A DNA stretch of 64,000 bases from Ruditapes philippinarum. Taxonomy: Eukaryota. Shown in pieces: positions 25,801 to 37,800 of this stretch (positions are counted from its first letter, which is position 1; every line of letters starts with the position of its first letter). The notes under the pieces are model-generated. The model did no database searches and had not been told where the DNA came from. It was given only the letters and a program-made list of their open reading frames with translations. Location: contig NW_026862113.1 of assembly GCF_026571515.1 (NCBI RefSeq), forward strand, positions 62,001 to 126,000, written 5' to 3'. A program made the position numbers and the translations under genes.

Positions 25801-28800
25801 GTTCTATAGTAGCCCCACATGCTGGAAACTATCACTTCCTTACATTTACTACCATGTATGGTGGGTATTTCAGCTTAGTTGATTCCAATAATCAGTACAA
25901 TGTAAACAGAAGCATTGCAGTATTCACTGACGTATTTCGTATGGAAGGTACTGCTCATGGATATATTGAGAAATCTGGAAATGTAATGGGTAGGGTATTA
26001 GAATTTGCAAAACGGGCTAAAATAGATGGGAATGCAAGAGGTTATACAGCAAAATCTGGGTCAGGTGCAGGATGTTCCAGTGGCTGTGGCTCTGGTGGTG
26101 GGCATGGAGGGAGTGGTGGAAGTTGTTCCAATGAGTGTGGTTCAGATTGCAGTGGAGGAGGAGCATATGACAGCACAGTTTTACCATCTTTGTCAGGCAG
26201 TGGTGGGGGATCTTGTTCCCATACCTCAGGTGGTACTGGTGGTTCTGCAGTAAGACTGGTACATACCTTTAGTGTTGTAGAAGGCACTCTAACAATGAAT
26301 GGCGGTCACGGTTCAGGTGGTAGTGGAGGAGGGGCAGGAGGATCTATTTGGCTTGATGGGGATATTGTTGCCGGTTGGGGATCATTTCATGCAAATGGGG
26401 GTTCAGCTGGTAGTGATAGATGTTCGTCACATTGGTCACATTGGCACCGAGGAGGGGGAGGAGCTGGTGGGAGAGTTAGAACATGGGGATCAGAATACAC
26501 CAGTAAGGTTCTACTTCAACAGAGATCTGTATCAGGTGGAACTGGAGCCAAGGCACATGGTTCAGGCGGATCAACATACAGATATCACGGTGCCGCATGT
26601 AGTGGACATGGAACATGGAAAGGATCATCATGTCAGTGTTATGATGGGTATGTAGGTCACGACTGCCAGTTTTCCTGCCACAATGTTAATACATGTGGTG
26701 CCCATGGTGTCTGTAATAATGAAGGAAAGTGTAACTGTACCACTGGTTATGTTGGAGAACGTTGTGAAAGCCAATGTCACAGAGATACAGATTGTAATGG
26801 ACACGGGGAATGCTCCCCTTGCGGAACATGCATATGTCATCCTTGTTTCTCTGGCCCAGACTGCTCAATCGAGTGTAGCAAATCGGGATCATGCATAGCA
26901 GATCAATGTGTTTGCGATGACTGCCATCTTGGAGTATTGTGTGAATCAGAATGCAACAATCATGGAACATGTAACACTACAACCAATGCCTGTATATGTG
27001 ATGCAAATTGGGGTGGAAAAAAGTGTACAAATAAAGGATGTCCTGGAGAAGATCTTAACTGTAATGGACATGGTATTTGTAACTCAGGGACAGGTGAATG
27101 CTTCTGTGACAATGGATGGAGAGGTAGGATATTCATCATATATTTCAAGTAGCAAAATACTTATTTAGTCACTCAAAGGATGAGCATGAATAATACTTTT
27201 TTTTCTTTAGACTGCTAATTCATTTTTGTTAATGTTGATAAAAAACAACATACAGTAGAACTTCTATGAGTCGAACTTCGATTAGTCGATTTTCTCGATG
27301 TGTCGAAGAAAAATGAAAGTCCCGATTTTTCCCGTTTATATTCCTTATAAAAACCTATTTATGAGTCGAGATTTTATGTGTCGAATTTTTCGATGTGTCG
27401 AAGTTTTTTCGTGGTCCATGTAAAGTAAATCTAGTGCAATTTACCACAAATAAGTTGAATTATTTTGACACCTTCGATCTCGAGACATTTTTCACACCTT
27501 ATCTGGCTGGGAAGACGATTTCCAATCAACTTATGTGACAGGTGTTAATTACATAGCCGTGTGTCAAACAGCCTTTGTTTGCGATAAAATGTGTGATAAA
27601 ATGCTTTAATTGTTTCTTGTATCATAGTTTGGAGACCTTTCTGTTGAAAATGTGTCAGGGTTAAATCGTATACATATACATGCACAGTGCGTTAACTGGA
27701 GTGCGGGTATTAGGTATTAGTTACCCGCACTCCAGAGCATACCCATTGATTGGCTCATTTTTGCTGGGGTTTACATATTGTGACGGCAGAGAAAGGGAAA
27801 GCGACAGAAATGTCATATTCAGATGTTCGTTCATTGGTTCATTTTTGCCGGGGTTTCATATTGTGACAACAGGGAATGTGCTTTTATGTTTGACTATGAT
27901 ACAAAAGAGAAAGAACACCAAAACACTCGGCAATCTGATTAATACTCGGGGGCTACGCCCCCTCGTACAAATCAGATAGCCTCGTGTTTCGGTGCTCTTT
28001 CTATTACTATTTTAATTGCCGTAGTGGTATTTGAAAGTAAACAGTAAACTACTTTCATTTGAAAACATCGGTAACCCGGTGTCGCATGAGAATAACACGC
28101 GAAATATTTACTATAAGCTGGTTTAGTTATCGCCCATTCTTGTTGTTACGCCTTTTGTAACTCTATTGTTTACGTGAACGGGTAATCCAAATAATTAGCC
28201 TTGAAAAAAAAAAATAACATACTATATTTATCATTGTAAAATGTAAAAATATCAGATTTATGATGGAAAAACATGAAATAGGTTTTGTTATAGATCTTAT
28301 AATTAGAACTAGTCACAGGTCGAAATTTTGTCACGGAATTGAGAGCAATTCATGACTCGAAGTCCCGATATGTCGAAGTTTTTACGCAAGTCCCTTCAAC
28401 TTCGACTTACCGAAGTTCCACTGTACTTTTAAAATCAAAATAATGCAGGACAATTATTGGAATTTTAAATTCTCCAAATATCATAACGAAATGATTTCTA
28501 TTTTTGTAATAACAGGAGCTGATTGTGGTGACCCAGATTGCCCAGGAGAGCCTAACTGTCATGGCCGTGGATTCTGTAACAAGCTTTTTAATCCCCCTAT
28601 CTGTACTGACTGTGACCAATACTGGATGGGTACAGGTTGTGGAGATGTTTGCAAGTATGGAACACCTATACAAGATAACACTGTGTGTAACTGTTCTAAA
28701 ACATGTTACCATGGTAAAGGATGTGACATAGAATGTTCTGGTCATGGTGTTTGCAGTTCTGACGGTTCAGGAGACTGTTATTGTGACCCACTAAAAGGAT

Positions 28801-31800
28801 GGGATGGCACTTACTGTGAAATACCCGGTACATATTTGTTACATAATGTTTGCTTGTATTTTTAATCCTTTTTTCTTGCCAGAAATTATGTTTAAGTGTA
28901 TAAGTACATGTTTGGTGTTTTTGCCAGACAAATTTAAAAACACCACAGAGTTCTTTTGGAAAGAGTATGAATTTTATTTTTTGACTTATTTTTACCACAA
29001 ATATGGCAACAAAAAAAATAGCATTAAATAAAATAAACTTCCTTATAGTACAACAACAGGTATAGTCATATTGTTAGCATGGTTAATGGGGAAAATATTA
29101 TGCCACTCAGAAAAGAAAAGAATTGATTAATTAAGCATTTGTGGAGGGGGAGGGGATAACACTTAATGCTTGCTCAGGCTTATTTTATGTTTTGTATTTG
29201 AAAGAAAAAGTTTTATGTTGAAATTGTCTCCTCTTAGTATTTTAGATGGGATTTAATAAATAATACAATTGTGATTTAAGGGTGCCCGAGACATCCTGTT
29301 ACAAATGTTGAATGCAGTAAGCGTGGCAACTGTGACTCTGAGAAACGTGAGTGTATGTGTGATGCTGGTTGGGAAGGTGCTGCCTGTCACATAGGTGACT
29401 GTCCAGGTCATCCAAACTGCTTCAGTCGTGGAATATGTGATGAAACGACAAGTCCGCCAAGATGTGTAAGCTGCCATGAAAACTGGATGGGACCAGCTTG
29501 CAATGATCCATGTCTCCATGGTAAACAAGAGCCCATGGATAGCGGAATATGTGTCTGTGAGGAGGGATATACTGGTGTCGGATGCGATTCAGAATGCTCA
29601 GAGCATGGTAAAATCAGCAGTGTCACGGGAAAATGTAACTGTACATATCATTTGGGCTGGAAAGGAAGTGTGTGTAATATACCAGGATGTCCAGGATTGA
29701 ATGGTCAAGACTGCAGTGGTAGAGGTTAGTACAGTGAATTTTATGAAAGTTTTCTTGCACTAAAATATGTTGGTAATTTTAATATAATATGACAATTATA
29801 TATGTTGAGGAGAGAATAATTAAAAATAAGTGTCCGTCAGTATTTTGTTCTGTATGCTGCCTTTTGGAAATGTATTGAATAACTGGTAATGAATATGTTT
29901 TTAATGTCAGTTTGAGTAAATGGACTATCTTCTTACTTTAATTTTGTTTGGCAGGAGATTTGGCAGTCTGTAATTGGTTGTCGTCCCAAAATACTTTGTA
30001 CACATGTATCCTGTCTAGGAACCGTTTGTAACATACACATTGTTTTAATTTTTTTATCCAATGCATCTAATGGGTGGAGTACTGCAATTCAGTTATGAAT
30101 TGAAATAACGATAATCAGCGCAAGGAATATGCTTACTTCAACTGATACATTTTATGCAGGAAACATTAAATTCATTCTCATCAGCCAAATGTTACAATAA
30201 TGATATGAGGACAAGTTGATCTTGATATAAATTCTAATTTTAATAACAATGACATTAAAAATGATGAAAATTTTTCCAACTGTATATTTCATTATACACA
30301 GGAGGTTGTGACAGCGCTTCAGCCACTTGCACATGTGACAAAGGCTGGCTTGGTATAGGGTGTGAGTATACAGATTGTCCGGGAGAACCAGATTGTAACG
30401 ACCATGGCAAATGTAGCGATGCAACAGATCCTCCACAATGCTTGTAAATATATAGAATTGTTGTTTTATATTGTAGAATATGAAAGTGATCATGATTTTG
30501 TGAAAAGAACCTCATTGTTTCAGCAGAATGTATGTTATAAGCGGTACCTCGTTAACTGATTTCTTTACAACTGGAGTAGACTGCATTTTTTGCCTTAATT
30601 TAATTCAATCAAGAATTGTCAGCTACTTATGTTAAACCAAGAGTAAATCTTAATACCAATCTTGCTAATTCAAAAATGCATAATTTTTCCTGCTATACAT
30701 CTTTTTATTAAAAACATTTGCTTTGAAGAGCGAACATTTGGTTGTTGTATAAGGGAGTTCTATTTCAGATATTAAAATTAATCTGCCAGCAATGTAGAGC
30801 CAGTGGTCAGACTGCACAGATGTGCAAGCTGGGTCGTATATTAGTTGTTTAGTTTGCTTTAACCTCCAACACTATGTTTATTTTTTATGTAGCTGTTCTG
30901 ATGGCTGGTTTGGTGAAGCATGCCAGGAACCTTGCGTTAATGGACAGATGAATCCTGTTGGAAGTCAAAATTGTGAATGTGATCCTGGTTGGGCTGGTCT
31001 CAATTGTGATTCTGAGTGTTCAGAAAATGGTAAAATTATCAATGGAAAGTGTAAATGTGACTTTGGCTGGTGGGGTAAAGTGTGCAATATTCCAGGCTGT
31101 CCTGGTGTTAATAAAAGTTGCACGGGTCACGGAGACTGTAACTCTGCTGCACACACATGCACGTGCTACAGTGGATGGACTGGTATTAAAGACAGCATGG
31201 GATATGTTGACCCACTAACAAATGGTTGCGATATCCCAGATTGTCCTGGCGAACCTGACTGCAACGGTGAAGGAATCTGTGACCATACGTTATTCACTCC
31301 AAAGTGTAAAAACTGCAGCAAAGGATGGATGGGCGAGGCCTGTGAAGACATTTGTGATGCTGTACACGGTGAACAAAAACCTATGAATAGTGGATTCTGT
31401 GAATGTGACAGCTGTTACTCTGGGAAAGGTTGTAATCTTGAATGTAACCGGAATGGTAAGTGTGACAACGGCACTTGTGAATGTGACGTAGGCTGGAGAG
31501 GCTCGAAATGTGAAGTACCAGGATGTCCCGGCATTGGTAAAGATTGCACTGGTCATGGTTCATGCAACTCAGCTTTACACCAATGTGCATGCCAACCAGG
31601 TAACATATTAATGGCAAAAAATTATTTTTCACTAATTCAATAATTTTACTTTTCACTAATACAACATATTAATGCATTGGCTTTTTCTTTCCAAACATAC
31701 AATTTACAAATGTTTGACATTTGTGTATAAGGCTGTCAGTAGATATTCTGTATGAATATATATTTTTTACAGTACGTTGCAGTCAATAAATTTGTTTTCT

Positions 31801-34800
31801 TCAGCTTTAGTCCGTGTTTTTTTTATCTGTTCCAGTGTATAAAGAGCAATTATCTGTTTAAACAATTCTTTTCAATTTTCATACATGTAAAAAACTTGTA
31901 AGATACATAGAGTTGACAATTTGTATATAAAAGTAATACTTGATATTTAGGGTGGACAGGGGATGGCTGTGAAATACCAGATTGTGGAGATGGAGCATGT
32001 TTCATTAAGGAGGGTCGAGGACGATGTGATGGTTCAAGTGGAGATCCTATTTGTGTCTGTAACACTGAAAATGTAAGCTTCTTTTAAGCGCAACTATTTA
32101 AAGAAAAATGAAAGCTATTGTACTTATCCTCAAGGTGTTTGCTTCAGCATCACACTTAATTTAAGGGGTTTTTTGGTGTAAGTTGGTATCCCCATAACTA
32201 ATAAAGGAATTGGGTTGAAACTTCATACACTTATTTGAGAGTATATTAGTAGGTCACTGACAACAACTTGTCATTGATTTAAATAGAACAGAGTGACCTC
32301 CTAATAAAGACAGCTTGTATATACAGATCATGTTTGCTATCTTCTTTAGATGACCTCTGTTCACAGGTTTGACTATTATATTTGATACATAAGGTATACA
32401 GGACATATAAAAGTCAGTTTATATTACAGGGTTGGTTTGGACCAGACTGTAACAAGAAATGTGAGAACGGTACAGTTGTAATGAACAGTTTGGGTGGAGA
32501 ATGTGTTTGTGACCCATGCTATAATGGAGATAGGTGTCAACTAGAGTGTTCTAGTCATGGTGTATGTGATCCAACTGGCAAACACTGCATCTGCTTTGAT
32601 CAACCAAGTTAGTTTAATTTTAACCTTGACTGCTCAATTTATTTGGCATGAAATAAAAAGTCAGAACATATTATTTGATTTGATTTGGTTAGATTATTAT
32701 AAATCTACCAATATTATATAGGATTTATCTATGTTACATCTATAACTTCAAAAATTAAAGCAGCATGCCTCCAGATTCATGCTAATTTTCATGAAACTTT
32801 TGAAATTGTATTGAAAGGTTAAGTTTTGTGAAGAAATTTGCACATTGCAGATGGCACATGGTAATAAATACTGCAAAATCAGTCATTAATGGCAAATTAC
32901 ATGTATATCATCACTTGAATCTTGAATCTTTTTATTTTTCTCAAAAGCTCATTTTTTTTTTAAGTTTAATTTTCTTGAAATATTTTGGCTCATTTTGAGG
33001 TATGCAGCTTGAAGATATTCGAAGCTATTCACATATATTATCTGGAAAAAGTAGATTAAATATTTAGATTTTCTCAACTTTGTTGGATTTTTAAATGTTT
33101 CAAAGAGTTGTATGCACCAAGCACTGGATCTTACGCTCTGTTACTAATTCCATTTTCCATTCTATACAGAGAAAGCATATAGAGGAGTTCTGTGTGAAGA
33201 CGATGGTTGTCCGGGATCAGATAGGGCCTGTGACCAACATGGATCCTGTATCAATATGGAATGTGTCTGTAACAGTGGCTGGAAAGGAGATGACTGTAAC
33301 ACTCCTAAATGTCCAGAAGACTGTAACGGTATGTTACCTTCACCTGTTAACACAACATGTCAGAAAGAATTATTTTGATTAATTGTAAATGTCTACTCTC
33401 CATCTTGGTGATCAAAGATTTTGTTGAGCCCAGTGAGTGCAATTTTGTTCAGTACTATGTCTGCTCATATAAGACACTAGCAAGTCCAGAAAATGTTCTA
33501 AACAGATCAGACATAAACTGAATATATGAAGTTAGTCACTTGTAGAGACATTGGTAATTACTGGTATTTTATCTAAGAAAGCCGGTTCGGTGGACAGACT
33601 GCTTAGATATGACCAAAATGTGTTAAAAATGGAATTGTTCGAAAAGTCATTGGCCTTCTTCACAAAAGAACTTAAATAGAGAACATGTGTTTGACATCAT
33701 TGCTTTTGGAATTACAGTGGTAGCTTTAATATATTTTGAGACATTATTTAGGGACTCTGAATTTCATATTCAATTGTTTCATAGGAAAGCTTCCTCTGAA
33801 TCAATGACTTTTCAGTAATACTTATATTGTAGGAGAATAAGCTGTTGTGAAATATCCTAAACATGTATTATCTTCTTGTCATGTCTTGTTTTTATGCTAT
33901 TTTAATGATTTTTACCATTTTTGTTACACATTTATGACATTTTTACAATTTCATAATACATAACCAGTAATGTTTCACAAAATGATATTTGTTTCAATTG
34001 TTTAAATGAATTAGAAACAAATTGTCTTATTTCAAACAAATACAATACTGTTAAATTATATGCTCATATATATGGTTGGGGTATTGTCACTGATACGATA
34101 AAATTCTACCTGTCAGCAGCCGTAGCCGAGGGTAACAGTATTTTACGAGAGATGATATTTTTACTGTTACTCACAAACCCATGTGTTATTTATTTTATTA
34201 CCCCGAACAAAAATACTGCGATAATCTGAAATTGTCAACTAAATCTTGAACTGTGATGAAAATAAAGCAAGAGTAACAATAACTATACTGTCCTTACCTT
34301 TTAAGTTTTAAGTGTACTTTAGGCCTACTTGAGAAGTTTTCTTTTTCTTTTATTCTTTATGCAAGTGATGATATCTACAAATCATAAACATGAAATAAGC
34401 TAGGTTTTATTTAGAAAACAAAACACTATCCCATTTGCACGATTATGATCTGTGAAATCTGATCCTTCTGTTTCCAGAATATTCTTAGCATGGTTTTTGA
34501 CAAAATAACGATGATATCCTATGTCCACCATATCTGTAACGTTTCACTTATTAAAATTGTTAAATTATCCTTTGTTGCATGCTTAAATCGTCTGTAGTTC
34601 CAGTTTGACACAAAATTATTTACATTGCAAGTACTTCTGTTGAAAACAGATGTTCACTTTTTGACTATTGAACAAAAAGATATTTTATACACGAAAAGCA
34701 CACCAGGATGCGAACAACTAAATTTTATGGGTGTCAAAGTTACTCCAGAGAAGAAATTGATGTCCTATTGGAGTTTAACGTGGAAAATAAGAATGAATCG

Positions 34801-37800
34801 AGAGAAAAATGGCGGCCATTTTATTTCATTTTATTTAGAAAATAGACCACGTGACCAGATATTATACTGTTAAAAAATACTGTTACCTATGTAACAGTAC
34901 AAAATTCTTAGTCACATGGTACACTTGCATTAACAGTAAAAATAACTCCCAGAGGCCTATGGGAAATTAGAATTACGAAAAAAGTGAGGGGTAATAATGT
35001 TATATATCAGAACCTTGTTTTTATCCCACATTGAGAACTCGGACCCAAAGATGACTGTTTTTAAAATGGGGAGCTGCAAGTGATGTACAACAATAATAGG
35101 AAATATTTACATGATTAAATAAGGAATAACAGGAATGTGCATTTTTGAAAAAGGAAATTTTGTTTAATATATTACTATTTTCAGAACGAGGAACTTGTGT
35201 ATTTGATAAAGAATTGGAATCTGGTGTATGTGTTTGTAATGAGGACTGGGTAGGGGATAGATGTAATTTTCCGTGTCAAAATGGTACAAACCATGGTGAT
35301 GGTATCTGTAAATGTCATAGGACATGCGATACAGGTATGTTCTGTCTCTAAATACTCATTGTTAATCTAATTCAAGTAGTATTGGCTAAAGAATTACTAT
35401 AGAAAGTTTATTTCTGAAATAAGGAGATCCCTTGTTATCAATGAAAACAATAAAAAAAATGTCAAAGTAAAAATCCAGGCAAACAGTTAGATTAAGTATA
35501 TTTATGTACTGATATATGAAACCAAGCCTTCATAGGCCATATTTACTTGTACATAGCTCCTCATTTAAGGGCCCATTATGCCCAAGAATTGCTTTTATTT
35601 TTATTTCTCAAAAGCTTTTTATTATACCCCCACCACAAAATGTGGGGGGGGGCTATAATGGATTCGCTTTGTCGCGTCGGTCGGTCCGTCCGTCCGTCGG
35701 TCCGTCTCCATTTTCGTGTCCGCTCTATAACTCCTATACCAATTGAAGGATTTTCTTCAAACTTGGCTCAAATGTTCACCTCAACAAGGGGATGTGCAGA
35801 ACCCATTTTGCCCATGTGTCAGTTCAAGGTCAAGGTCACAATTGAAGGTCAAATATCAAACACTATCAAATATTACACAGTATGTCGTGTCCGCTCTGTA
35901 AGTCCTACACTACTTGAAAGATTTTCTTCAAACTTGGCTCAAAAGTTCACCTCAACAAGGGGATGTGCAGAACCCATATTGCTCATGTGTCAGTTCAAGG
36001 TCAAGGTCACAATTGAAGGTCAAATATCAAACACTATCAAATATAACACAGTATGTCGTGTCCCCCTCTGTAAGTCCTACACTACTTAAAAGATTTTCTT
36101 CAAACTTGGCTCAAATGTTCACCTCTAACCAGGGGATGTGCAGAACCCATGTCGCCCATGTGTCAGCTCAAGGTCAAGGTCACAATTGAAGGTCAAATAT
36201 CAAACAATCAATATTACACAGTATGTCGTGTCTGCTCTGTAAGTCCTACACTACTTGAAAGATTTTCTTCAAACTTGGCTCAAATGTTCACCTCAACAAG
36301 GGGATGTGCAGAACCCATATTGCTCATGTGTCAGTTCAAGGTCAAGGTCACAATTGAAGGTCAAATATCAAACACTATCAAATATTACACAGTATGTCGT
36401 GTCCGCTCTGTAAGTCCTACACTACTTGAAAGATTTTCTTCAAACTTGGCTCAAATGTTCACCTCAACAAGGGGATGTGCAGAACCCATATTGCTCATGT
36501 GTCAGTTCAAGGGTCAAGGTCACAATTGAAGGTCAAATATAAACACTATCAAATATTACACAGTATGTCGTGTCCCCTCTGTAAGTCCTACACTACTTAA
36601 AAGATTTTTTCTTCAAACTTGGCTCAAATGTTCACCTCAAAAGGGGATGTGCAGAACCCATGTCGCCCATGTGTCAGCTCAAGGTCAAGGTTCACAATTG
36701 AAGGTCAAATATCAAACAATCAAATATTACACAGTATGTCGTGTCCGCTCTGTAAGTCCTACACTACTTGTAAGATTTTTCTTCAAACTTGGCTCAAATC
36801 TTCACCTCAACAAGGGGATGTGCAGAACCCATGTTGCCCATGTGCCAGCTCAAGGTCAAGGTCACAATTGAAGGTCAAATATCAAACAATCAAATATTAC
36901 ACAGTATGTTGTGTCCGCTCTGTAAGTCCTACACAATTGAATTTTTCTTCAATCTTGGCTCTTAATTTCATCTAACCAACTCTTTTGCTGGCTTAAAGGT
37001 CAAGGTCACACTTTAAGGTCAAAAATTGACTTAGATAATATTCTTAAATTTTAAAAATTTATTTGATATTTCTAAATCTAGAAAAAGTATTTTGCTTGAA
37101 ACTTAAAATATTTTTTGAAGGGTCACAATTCTGATATGCCTGTTCTTGTCAAGTTTCATAACTCTGTATTGCATTTTACCAAAGTTTTATGCCCCTTTTA
37201 AAGTCTTCAAAATTACATGCAATCAAATATTTGCCAATATGTTGTGTTCCGCTCTATAAATCCTATACTAATGGAAGAATTTTCTTCAAACTTTACTCAA
37301 AATTTTCAAACTCAACAAGGTATGTTGCAGAATCCATGTCACCTTTTGTGCCGGGTAAAGGTCAAGGTCACACTTGAAAGTCAAAAATTGAACTTAGAAA
37401 ATGTTCTTAAAAGTTAACAAATGTACTTGAATAATTCTGAAACTAGCGCAGGATTTGGCCCTTGAAACTAAAAAGAATATATGAGGTGTGGCACAATAAG
37501 ATTATGCCAGGTCAAAGTTTCATTAGCTCCTGTATTGCATTTTGACAAAGTTATGCCCGCTTTTTAAGTCTTCAAATTTACATACAACCAATACTAGACA
37601 ATATATTGGTGTCTACTTAATAAATTCTATACTAATGGAAGGATTTTCTTCAAACTTTACTCAAATGTTCAACCAAACTGGGTGATGTCAAACCATCTTA
37701 CCTTGTGCCAGATTAAGGTCAAGGCCACTCTTAAGGTCCAAAAAATTGACTTATAAATAAAAATGTTTAAAAATACTTTGGGAAAATCGAAAGGTTTATT

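Noticed and set aside
1-26590. Bacterial contamination or a PE-PGRS/autotransporter gene
   Set aside because: The Gly-rich coding sequence is interrupted by canonical spliceosomal introns that carry animal-type repeats.
35547-36975. ORFs with a repeated 57-aa peptide (RVRSVSPTLLERFSSNLAQMFTSTRG...)
   Set aside because: By-product of a 171-bp (multiple of 3) satellite monomer inside a HINE; the frames break at indels and there is no splice support.
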